Shown: one piece after another, positions 49,931 through 61,087 of the stretch
Numbering within the stretch: the first letter of the stretch is position 1
Layout of the letters: the number at the start of each line of letters is the position of its first letter
Assembly: GCA_905178155.1 (NCBI GenBank)
Contig: CAJINV010000003.1
Coordinates: 7,398,601 to 7,462,600, forward strand
DNA length: 64,000 nucleotides
Source of the DNA: Amoebophrya sp. A120
Lineage: Eukaryota; Protista; Dinoflagellata
Direction of reading: 5' to 3'
Notes under the pieces: model-generated
The model's database searches: none
What the model saw: only the letters and a program-made list of their open reading frames with translations
What the model was told of the DNA's origin: nothing
Translations under genes and position numbers: made by a program

Positions 49931-52900
49931 CTACTGCTGCTTCACACCTTTACAGCGGGAATTCATCGTCGGCAGAGATTCATTTTCCAGGTATAGCTCT
50001 TTATGAGCAGCCCATCCGGCCCTCTCCTTGTGCCGATCAAACAAGTCCCGTAGCGCCGCAACATAACGCGTGTGCAGGTCTTCTACCTGTGCTGCGGTGG
50101 GGTAGAAGCCTTCCGTGCCGATGTTATGGCTTTCCATCCCTGGTGTTTCTCCATGTTGTTGTTCTTGTGGTCGTGAGGTAAAATCATAGTTCTCTTGTTG
50201 CGCTTTGCAACCATCGTTTGGGAGATCTTCCCCAGGGGATCGAGCATGCTGTCCGTCGTGCCTCACGACCGGAGCGATCGGCTTCCCAATATGCACTGCA
50301 AATATGTTTGCGTCTGGAAGGATGCAAATCCAAACTGTGTGTGATGCCGTCTTTAGATTCTAAAAAAAGTAGTATTGCATGACCAGCAGTTTGTGCTACG
50401 CGGACGCGGAGAGGGCTTTTCTCATGTGGATTAGGCATCAGGATCCCTCTCAACATCTGTGATGCTAGGTCATGCATTACAGGCATCATGCTGATGCCAT
50501 GAACATGATGGGTCATACAAAATATGCATGACCAACCTGGCAATCTTCCAGACCCAGACATATTTGCACTCGTACCCAATGCAAACCACCAATTTCCGTC
50601 GGTATGGTATCGGGCCGAATGGAATGCCGAAGCGGTCGGTCCAGTAAACCAGCGACGTTTAAAATGCACGAAAAAAAAAGTATCAGTAAGACACGAGAGC
50701 GAAGTCAAGGAAAAGGAATACGATGAAGCCGTGAGCATGACAATACTTGTCTAATATCAAAAAATATCTATATATTGCAAGAACGCAGGCTTCCTTGTGG
50801 TCGCGAGTAGTGCCCAAAAAACAGTATCAACAAGAGCGGTCGATACACATTCAACATACCTGTGTCACATTGATCTCGACGAAAGATCCCTGTCACGAAA
50901 CGCAAAATTACGTGGCCAGACCAAGACATTCACGTATAATTTATTCCCGCGAGGTGAAAACAAAATTCATCATGTTGGTCTCCCTGGACGAAGGCAAGCT
51001 GCGGAACTACGTGCATTTATTTTGAGACCTCTTTGATGTCTTAGTTTCATTTTTTCCTGCATATTTTCAGCTTCGAACTAACTCGGGCGAAGAAAGACCG
51101 GTGCGTGAATTTGCGATCGAAGATCTGATTCGCACCCATGCAGTAAACCGGAACCAGAAACGCGTTTGTTTGCAGAGCCACCTTGCAGAACCCCTGCCGC
51201 TTGCGGAGCACAATCTGTTCTTCTCCTTCGGTGCCGTAGAACATTTCCGTGATGCCACCCGGAAGCAGTGTGAGGAAGTTCTCCGGGAAAGGTCGTTGAA
51301 GGTTGCGCCGCAACTCCGAAGCAGAGACTTTCGTGAAGCCGAACTAGGTATCGTATTGAAAAACTGAAGGCCTCATTGCCCCAGGAGACAGCGCAGGCTC
51401 ATCCTGCAAATTATTGGCCCCAACACATCACTCGCTTTACTAGATGTTGGACGCATATAATTTTCATATTTATCACTCAACAGTGCAGATTTCTAAGGCA
51501 GGAAGATGAATAGGCACTGCGTTGTTGTAGCGGCCGCGAGGACCTGCTATAATACAAAAGCTGCCTTGCGTCTCCAGAAACCAGACAAGTAGGAAAGAGT
51601 CATAGTTCTTCTTCTTGCGTCCAAGTTAGTAGACTCATACAAGAATTTCAGTTTGGGTTTGCCTGTGACCGTTCGCAAGGGTGGCGCTGGGCATCAACTT
51701 TTCATCTTTATACCAGGCCAGAAACCGGCGCAGAAGTGGCAGTTTCGTCAACACATCCGCACCGGCAAAAAGCGGAAAAACCATCGGTCTGAAAAGAGGC
51801 CCTCCACCAGATCAAAGTACTTAATGCTTACACTGCAAAGCTCGCAGCGGGTGCAGCTGCCGTGTTTCAACGGCAGTACTTCAGACTCGTCCACCACTTC
51901 TCTTTCAGCTGCAGCATAGCGTACTCTTTAGGTGGAGCTTCGTCTTATTTCAAAGCTGAAGCTCTGGAAGGAAAGATCCACTCTGAACATACAATGTATG
52001 TATGTAACATACATACATACATACACGTTCCACGCGGCTTGCTTGCTTGCTTGGGTGCGCCCCATTCCTCGCAGCTCGCACTTCTGATGGTGAGACACCG
52101 CGAAAAACGGCCAATGCTGCACTTCTGATGGTGCACGTGAGGCTTGCCGCTGGTGCGGCGTCGGCTTATGTTCTTATGTTATTATACTCCCAACGGTGAA
52201 CGCAGCACCAGGAGCCCAAGCCAGACGAAAGGTGCTGAAGCCTGGCAACGAACCTTCTGGCTCTGCGAGAGGTTTGTGGTGCTCTAAATTTGGCCCTGTC
52301 TCCCGGAAAGCGATCCACCCAACGTAGTACGGGCGAGCAAGGGTGTGAAGGAACCCTCTGCGTTCGTGATGTGGACGAACGTCGCAAGAGGTGAAGAAGG
52401 ATCCTGGAGGTGCCTGGGCCGCCTTTTTCTGGGGGGGCGACTTAGAGCGCACCGGCGGGCTCTATATCCATGTTCCTGATGGCCGCATCAATGCGTCTTC
52501 GCTACGAGCGTCGTGTTGATTGATTTTGCCACGGTCTCCCAATGTCGGCGGCGGGCTACAAGCCTTGTGCCACGTTCATCATGCATCCTGCATTCTAGCG
52601 GATGCTACTACTCCAGCTCTTCACAGACAGAGAGAGGAGGAGGGGGGGGGTCTACTACGAGCAGGCCCCCGATGTCGGGGCAACCTCTACGGCAGCAACC
52701 GGAGGGCAGACGCGGACGCACGGGAAAGGCGCAGGCGCCAGCCCTGCGAGGGCCCTGCATGCGTCCACGCGCGTAAGTGAGAAACATCCGGGGCGCAGCC
52801 CAATCTTCCGGACGCGGGCCCATGGCTTTCTGGTGCTAGGTGGCAGGGAGGCGCATGGCAGTCGCGGGCCTTCGTGTCTCGAACATCTTTGCGCGCTCGC

Positions 52901-54088
52901 TGCGTGGCCCTGTATTGGCGTCCCGTTGCCGTATGCTCCGGGGCTGCACACGCAGCCGATCGGACGCGACGGGCATGCCACAGGGGAGGCTGCAGTGGCG
53001 TGGGCAATGTTTTTAGATGCTGAAGGCGGCTCGCGATGGTCTAGCTCCGAGCTAAACCGGCTGCGACGAGCGTTCCACGGACCAAACTAGGCCAGATGCT
53101 CCACAGGCCTCGCGTAGCTGAGGCGGATACATTCTCTCACTCTGAGCGCGTTGCCAGTCGGTCCTGGCATCTGCTGGGTCCTAAAGACAGACCAAGTACT
53201 TTTGTTTTCTGGCATCTGCTGGGTCCTAAAGACAGACCTATTTCAAAGCTGAAGCTGCTCTGGAAGCAAAGATCCACTCTGAACCAAAGCACAACGCTTT
53301 TCTTTCATGCAAAACAGCACGTCCCCACGCGCGTGCTGGTGGATTCAATTCATTATATCAAAAGTCCATGCGAATGTAGGTAGACACACGCACACACACA
53401 CACACACTTGCTTCTTCACGTTGCTTGGGGCCGGGCCGCCTTGTATTGAAATAAAAACCCCGTATTTCTCATACATTTCCTTTGCCATCAGAGAATGGCC
53501 GATCCCGAAAAGCGCGTGCGGGTGGTAAACGGCCAGAAAGTTGGGCGCTGCTCCTTTGCTCTGGATGGCGCACCGGATCCTCTCTTGGATCAGATCCAGC
53601 GACGGCGCATCGTCCTCATTCACGACACCAGTTTCCACCGCCATCTTCTGTTCAGTTGAGGAAGAAGTTCCTTTCCTTTCGCTTGCAGAGGCAGTGGTTG
53701 TACGCGAGGACGTTGATGCACCACTTGTAGTACCCAGCTCGAGCAGAGCCGCGGTCTCCGCACACGTGAACTCATCGATGACCTCCGCGGAGAAGTAAGT
53801 CCGCTTGCCCTCAATGTCGTCAAAAAAATGGCACCACGCGGGCCACACACAGGGGGTCCGCAGGGGAACAGCATAGTCGAGCAGGACCACAACCCAGAAC
53901 AACTGACAGACTCGGCTTTCCACACTGATAGCCCCATACAAGGCAAAGGGTAGCGCGAAAAGCACGAAGTTCAAGCTCAAGTAGAAGGCGCACACCAAGC
54001 ACACCTTCAGTTCCGACCAGGGCACACCGAAAAAAAGAAGCCCAGGGACAGGGGATTCCGTCGTTCTCGACGAAGGGGCCATGTTCAA
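49931..54088 (-). CDS. Diacylglycerol/monoacylglycerol acyltransferase (DGAT2/MOGAT family), multi-exon
   Basis: N-terminal hydrophobic segments, YHPHALF (HPHG-motif variant), LPLLRRFLAW|FG, LLPGGITEM, RKRQGFCKVALQTNAFLVPVYCMG, PIPYRRKLVVCIG|KPI, VEDLHTRYVAALRDLFDRHK. Confidence 0.9.
50290..50574. mobile_element. Family A introner in the acyltransferase gene
   Basis: Direct repeat CCCAA; excision gives LVVCIG|KPIAP. Confidence 0.92.
51349..51712. mobile_element. TA-ended introner, decayed direct repeat
   Basis: CTAGG/CCAGG flanks; excision gives RFLAW|FGFTKVS. Confidence 0.78.
51946..53284. repeat. Direct-repeat-bounded segment inside the long acyltransferase intron
   Basis: TATTTCAAAGCTGAAGCT...CTGGAAG.AAAGATCCACTCTGAAC at ~51946-51988 and ~53239-53284; tandem duplication CTGGCATCTGCTGGGTCCTAAAGACAGACC at ~53164 and ~53209. 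Confidence 0.7.
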
Positions 54089-54502
54089 TCAGATTAACTT
54101 TGGAACTGGAACAAAACTGGAACGTGAAAGAATTTACCTGTGACACTGCAACAAAAGCCCACACGTCGGCGACGACTGATGCTACCGGCTTGAAGACCTC
54201 ACTTCTTTTTGCTAATTTTTGTTTTTACGTACTTACTTTGGAAGATTTCGGAACATTCATGTTTCTCACTCCTGGAGCTGCTTGACATTCACAGGCGGGC
54301 CCTGCTGAGTCAAAAACTACTTTCGGCTTGAAACACAAACAACAATTTGCTTCATAAAATTCAAGAACGCGGGACGGCATTTTAATGCTCTCGTCGGGCT
54401 TCGACACCGACGGGCTAACTTCCAACATATACATATTTCGTGGCGCAACTATGCCCCGCGACGACAGCAAGAAGTACCAACGTAGTGCAAAGCCATATGC
54501 AA

Positions 54503-55293
54503 TATTATGCCGAAGCTCCGCGGCCCCTGAACTTCATCAAGCCCTCTGCTCAGCCGCCCCAGTCTAGCTTACAGGCTTCCCTAGCCCTCCCAGTTCTCGC
54601 AGCCTGTGCAGTTTTTCCCGCCTTTTTCGTCTTCCCACTCTTCCCCGTCTCTATCTTCCTTGTCCCGAAGGTCTGGCCTCCCTGCCCCCTTGTGTTCCGC
54701 CGTTTGCCTCGTCGCTTCTGCGTGGCTTTCAAACTGCTCGCAGATAGAGAAACAGGTCCCGCAGCAGACACAGGAAAACACGGGCGAAAATGGCCGCCGG
54801 AATCTGTTCGCACATAGAGAAGGAGGCGGCGCGAACGCCCTCCCGATCTTTCTAGGCAAGAGCTCCGGCCAAGCTTCCGAGAAAGTCCCGCCGCGGAAAA
54901 TATGAAGCGCGCCATGATCTTCAAACGCGCGCAGTTCTTAAAATAAGCGCACGAGCAAAGATCCACAAAACGGCCCACATCTGCGGAAAAATAAGATCGA
55001 CAGCCGGCGACTTGCCAAGTTAAATGCCGCTTCATAGCCAGAATTACCCGCAAGAGCTCCGCAAATATATTTGGCCAAGAGCAGAGCGACCGCGTCTCGA
55101 ATCTCATCGACACAACCAGGACCCCAATGGCTACCTGAAACTGACTAGCTGACACAGCCGCACCCTTTCCCCCCGTCCTCCCCTTCTAGTTCTGCTTCCC
55201 CCCTCCCAGTGCTCTCGATTTCGCTTCGGGATAGAGATTCCTTCCCCCTGGCTAGTATTATGCCGAAGCTCCGCGGCCCCTGAACTTCATCAA
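54503..55293. repeat. Segment bracketed by 38-bp perfect direct repeats
   Basis: TATTATGCCGAAGCTCCGCGGCCCCTGAACTTCATCAA at 54503-54540 and 55256-55293. Confidence 0.88.
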
Positions 55294-56199
55294 AGAGCGC
55301 AATCACATCTAAAAGTATTTGGGCCTCCATCTTTTCCTATTCTCGATATTCAAAAGTTTTTGGCGCATCATCAACGATCCTGACCTGTTCCGGGCTTGGA
55401 TTTGATCGGTGAGCCCGCAATATTTTCATTTGGCTCTATTGTGCGTGAAAGGCAAAGGGAACAGAATTTTAAGTTTTTGTCTCCCATTAGCAAGCATTGA
55501 CGAGGGTCCGCAGCTTGGTCCAATCCCCTTTTGTCACAAGAAATCTCCTCCAGCTTGCTCACTCAAGGTGGCAGAGGATAAAAAGTACTTTCTTTTGCAT
55601 TCGAGAATCGAATGTTCCCTTCGCTTTGCGCCAAGTTAGGATCTACGTACTGAATCATGCCATTCGATACTTAGTAGAGCTCTGTGCTCATCACTCTCCG
55701 CACATCACGAGGACATCAAGTCTTTTTATTTAAACCGTAAAAGAGGAGGTGGTCCGTCCGCAATTGAAGATTGACTCGTAGTCTAAACTCATATGGAAAT
55801 TGGCCAACCGGTGCGCTCGTGAATATGCTCTCGCTTTGTCTCTACATTTCAAAAAAAAAATTCTCAGAAACGGAAGGCACCGTTGTTATCAACTACATGT
55901 TCATACTTCCTGCTACTCGCCACTATTCCAACTGACAGTGATACTCAGGATACATCTGCACGAGCAAGGGCATCAGTGTAAGGGTAGGTACTTTGTATCT
56001 TCGGAGGCCCAAGTCCGCATCGGCAAGATGAGCTACTCAACACAGTTACATGTACTAAATTACATATTCGATCATGGAGATGTCACCACGGCAACAAAGA
56101 AATACTAGACAAGAGTCAAGAACATCAATTTTTCTGACCCCCGCTTTTGTTGGCCCTACCACCACTTCCTTGTGACCACTCAGCGTGGTTTTGGCGCGA

Positions 56200-59100
56200 C
56201 TACTTCCCGCCGGGAGACGCACTCAGCAACGTCGGCGGAGCGCCCGGCGAAGCGACCTCGACACTGGTCCGCTTGCTAGACTCGTCGGACGCGGCCCGCT
56301 CCAGGCTCTCTTGCAGCAATCGGTCCACGTCTCCTTTGCTAGCCTTGTTCTGCGAGAGGCGGCTGTTGCGCGGACTCGCGGCTCGCCCCGTCACTGAGCT
56401 GCGGCCGTTCGGTATGACAAAGAAAGAACAAAAAGCTAGCACAGCATATATAATATACAATTGTAAATGCAAAAACAAATGAACAAGAATCAACCAACGA
56501 ATAGCTCGCACCAGGGCCCTGACTGGGCGCCGGGCCCATATTACCATAAACCATGGTGCTAGCTTATGCTATACAAGAAAGATTTCAACATCTCTGCGTA
56601 ATATCCATCGGTATCTACTAATATTGTCCTTGCGTTTACAAATATGATAGTAGGCTTCTAGCTTTTTGCTCTAGGATATTCGGCGAGAACTCGGGCGAAA
56701 ACTCGTCCTCTTCGTCGTCCACCTCGCGAATCGCAGCCTGGTCCGCCTTGCGGTAGGCCGACTGGCGCGCCCGCGTGAACCCCAACGTCCCGGACCCTGT
56801 CGGGTCGGCGGCCGCAGCCCCCGCTGCTGACGGTGCGGAAAGCTTCTTTCCGACGGCCGCATTTAGTGTCTGCCCGTTCATTATGAACTGCAAAAATGTC
56901 TGGGTCTGGAAGATTGCTGAGGTTTGTGATGCTGTGTCTGCTTGACGGAGAAGGTGTTGCATGGAAAGCCTAGCATCACAGGTTTTAAGAGGGTTTCCCA
57001 ATGCATAATCCGCATGACAAACACCTTCTTTCGGCGACAGGAAACAGAGCTCCTTTTGCTGTCTATAGCATGACAGATTTTTGTGTGATCTAAGTATGCA
57101 TCACAAGAAGTTCGCAACCTTCCAGACCCAGACATTTTTACATTTGATATTCATCCCGGCTTGCCCCCGGTGGTCCACGTGGCCAAAAATCCGCCCGGCC
57201 TCGGTCAGCCGGGGATGCGCGGTGTCAGTATCGAAGCGTCAGCATCGAAATCGACAAAGTTGAAAAAATTTGTTGCGATAACGCACAAACTAAGTAGTAC
57301 CTATATTTTTCAAAGGCACGCAAGTGAGGGCGATTCATTGTAAGCCTGTTTGGAGCTCAACATAGAGCTTGCGAAAGTAGCACGACAGAGGATGTCTCTT
57401 TTGCCCTAAGAGCATGCACAAATTTGATTTCGGTGCTCGGAAAATCTGTCACGTACCCCGGACGTGACAGGTTGTCAAGCTCAAGAATGTCTAAGCCGCG
57501 GTACAGGTTGTACACCTACCGACTCCGACTTTATGCATTTTTACAAATCATTTCAGCTTTGTCGATTTCACACCTGACACTTCCGTAGTCGGCAAGCAAC
57601 GCGGAGTCCTTTAACCGGTCTGCCGCAAGCTTCGCGAAGGTCTCCATCACTTCGGCGTCCTCGTCGTTAAACGTGGAGATCTCGCCGTCAAACTCCCGCT
57701 TGTTCTGCATTACCACGATATCCCACATAAAAAGACAGGCAGGTGGCCGTGGCTCAGGGCATATTTATAATTTCTTGTATATGCAAAAATAAATTCACCG
57801 GGAAATGATCTTAGTCATGGGCGAGCCCGTACCCGTAGCGTGCTGGTCGTTGGGATATAATGCAAAAATACAGATCTTTTTTTCGCGTATATGTATTTTT
57901 GCCCTGTCCTCTTTTTCTGTGGGATACACGAGACCCAGGACCCGTTCGCTGTTCGCGGGTTGCAGGGGAACGACCAGCATAGTCTCCGGCCGCGTGGCCG
58001 GCTCCCCCGCGATCGCGGCCGCCGATGCGGTCGTGCCCGTACAGCAGAGGTTCTCGTGGTCGCAGTATCGGGGATATGCACAGAAAATCGATCTGTCCTC
58101 TGGGCCTGAAAATTTGCACGAGACTTGTTCATGTGATGCTAGTATTTTTCGCATCAGTCAGTATTTTGCACCCACCTGTACTGCAGCGTTTCTCATGATT
58201 ATACCTGGCCAAGTAAGTATTGCATATATAATACTTATGTCCATGGCGCTTCTTTTCACTTTGCATGTCTCCGCTGCACGCATTGATAAACAGACTTCCG
58301 TGCTGTCGTGCAGAACAGTTTGGCTCTGTTCCAGATGAACCAGACACGTTTGCAAGAACGCATAGAGGATCCTCCTGAACGTTTTCGGAATTGATGGTCT
58401 TCTTTTGCCGTAGGGCCGCCCCGCTGATCCCCACGTGGTCGGGGATGCGCAGCTCGTGCGACCCGGACAAGCTCCACAGGGTGCCCCTGCTCTCCTCGTG
58501 CAGGAACACGGCACACTGGTCACTCTGCACCAACTCGTGTGCGTGGGTCGTATATCCTGTGTAACTAACGACCCGTCCCCCTCTCCTAGTCAAGGTGCGG
58601 ACTTGTTTGCTACACAAATCAACAAGGCTTGGCTGCTGTGGATGACGAGTTTGGACTCGCGGCGTGATCGACATCGTGGATAGCTAGTGCGCCGGCCGCA
58701 TCATATTACACAAAATGAAAATCTTAACTTGCATACACAAAATCCAAAACACCATATACAAAAAGCTGTACAACTTATGGGGCTGCGCATGAGCAGAGAC
58801 ATCCTCACCGTGACCATGCGAATTTGCACGAAAAATGAATCCAGGGTGGGCAGGATTTTAACGAAGTACTTAGGATATCGTGATCGTCAGGATCATGCTC
58901 TGGGAGCCCAGATTCTTGGGGAGTGAGTTCTATAAAATGCAAAAATGTCTGGGTCTGGAAGAATGCGCGATTTGTCATGCTGCTTTTCCATGACCCATGA
59001 AGTCTGGAATGCAGGACCTAGCATGACAGATTCTGTGCGATCTCTCTCATGCCTATCCTGCATGAGAAACTCCCTCCCGACTTGGTCAAAACTGGACGAC

Positions 59101-61087
59101 TTTTCGTAATCATGCAACACAGATTTTTGCATGCTCCAGATTTAGCATGACAAGTTGCATTCTTCATCCAGACCCAGACATTTTTACATTTGATAAGTTC
59201 AACATCGAAATCATTCCCTGCGCCCGCTTGCAATGCGCGATCGCGTCCTTGTACACCTCCGCGTTACGTAGCGTAATCCCAACCAGCTGCATGAAGTTTT
59301 GAATCACAATCTCGTCCGCCTCGGTAAACACCGTGGTGAGCCCGTCGTCTGGTAAAATAAAGTAGTTATTCATCATGGTTTAACTTTAAAATGAGCTTGA
59401 GTGTCGTGAGATAGTACTCGTATAAAACTGCTAGCTATCATACCTATTGATCTGATCTGATCAGATTGATCAGTATAAATGGATTTGTTCAACGACAAAC
59501 TTTGGCAACAATCTGCAAGAACTCAAGGTGATCAGGCATCAGGTTCAGGTTGACTGCGCCGTGGTGTGCTGTCTCATTAGAGAAGTTCTACTGAAAAAAG
59601 TAGTAGCCCTGTAGGACTTTCACCAGTACAACTCATTTACCTTTGTTCAATGCCTGCAACACTCCTGTGACGTTTCCCTCAAAGTCCAAGATTGGCTTCA
59701 CGAGAATTGACTTGGTGAGGTACCCCGTCAGTTGGTCAAAAGAGGGATCAAATCGCGAGTCTCGGTAACAATCTGCAATATTCACCTGGATGGAAATTAA
59801 TCAGAGACACAGGTCCAGCATGCTACTTTTCCAGATGATGATTATCGTATCAAGCGTCCTGCTAAACTACCTCTGCGAATGCTATAGCTAGTACACAATT
59901 TGCTTTTATTAAAACTTATGTTCCTCGTTCAGGAGCCTTGTGGATCATCAAGCAAGAAGAACCTCCTGATCCTGTACGTCACTGCTACAAGAAAAAACAA
60001 AAACAATGGGTACGACTTACAGTTTCTCCGGTCTTGAAGACGTGCCCCGCGATTCCCTGCCCCGGGTTTACGCGTATAGGCTTAGACAGGTTCGAGGCAG
60101 ACAAGATCAGCATTTTGATTTTCTTGTCGTAGATGAAGATGCTTACCCGATTATGCAAGAAAAAAAGTGTGTGAGTGTAAGTCTGTGATGCAGAAAGTGC
60201 AAAACAGTAGCTTTTGTCATGCTGGACGTGCGTCATAGCCATGTTTTATACGTGTTTTCACGTACGAGCTGCGCATGACAGGTTTTTTTCTGTAATGCAA
60301 AGCGAATTTGTGATGCTGCTCGTCCCACACGATTACACTTACACACTTTTTTTCTTGGATACCGATCACACTGCAGTAGCCTCACGCTCTCCTTGATGCA
60401 GATGTTGATCGATTCCGCGGGGACCTGTGAAGAAAGTCATATCTTCTTTATTATACTTACAGATTATGCAGGAGTTTACAGTTTGTTTATTACCGTAGAA
60501 AAAAAATAAAACATAAGCATTCTTTTTCGCAATATCAGTGAAGATCGGCTCGGTCGGAAAAACAAAGAGGCTTCATAAATCTTCTTCTATCGCAGTCCAT
60601 TAGTATCCTGGCGGAAAGAACACGTGATTGATAAGATAAACCACAATTAAAGATAAGAGTCGTGGACCTACACGATGTACGGATGTTGAATAATCGCGAA
60701 CTCGAAATAAGTTAGATAGTAGTATCGGAGACAAAAAGAACTCAGTACGATTTCGTGAGTTATGTTTCGTGTGGCCTCAAAAAGGCGGATGAACCGGTCA
60801 ACGCCGATGTCGTGGTCGCAAGAGCCGTGCGCAGCCGCAACCGAAAACTTTTCAAGCGGATACTCCTCCCGCAGTTTTTGTAGAAGGAATCGACGGGGGT
60901 CGGCCGGGCGGCTTTTCAGCAAAGATTGCACCACCTCTTCCACCGTCTGAGTGATCTGGCACTGTCCGGTCTTGCTGGACGTGCAGTACCGTGCGAAGTC
61001 CGAAAACCCCTGCTGCGCGCAGTAGGCAGCAAGCTGGTCCGGAACCGAAGCGCTTGCTGCGGAAGCCGCAGTCTCACTCATCACCAC
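56200..61087 (-). CDS. Dpy-30/RIIa-like dimerisation motif plus tandem GAF-domain protein
   Basis: VEEVVQSLLKSRPADPRRFLLQKL; GAF-A LLQCDR|VSIFIY...GQGIAGHVFKTGET...DSRFDPSFDQLTGYLTKSILVKPI...GVLQALNK...FTEADE; GAF-B ELVQSDQCAVFL...GISG...EDP|RY...VMQNK...FNDEDAE. 3' end uncertain. Confidence 0.85.
56882..57149. mobile_element. Family A introner, reverse orientation
   Basis: Direct repeat TTCAT; excision gives open frame GQAGM|NGQTL. Confidence 0.9.
57719..57926. mobile_element. Family D introner
   Basis: TATCCCACATAAAAGA...CTTTTTCTGTGGGATA; direct repeat CACGA; excision gives VLGLV|VMQNK. Confidence 0.9.
58075..58364. mobile_element. Degenerate family A introner
   Basis: GGGGA/GAGGA flanks; excision gives VQEDP|RYCD (GAF DPRF-like motif). 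Confidence 0.78.
58553..58877. mobile_element. TA-ended introner, decayed direct repeat
   Basis: TATCCT...AGGATA; TCGTA/TCGTG flanks; excision gives ILTIT|THAHELV. Confidence 0.8.
58931..59195. mobile_element. Family A introner, reverse orientation
   Basis: Direct repeat AGTTC; excision gives SMLN|SLPKNLG. Confidence 0.92.
60152..60361. mobile_element. Family B introner
   Basis: TATGCAAGAAAAAAAGTGTGT...ACACACTTTTTTTCTTGGATA; direct repeat CCGAT; excision gives LLQCDR|VSIF. Confidence 0.9.
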
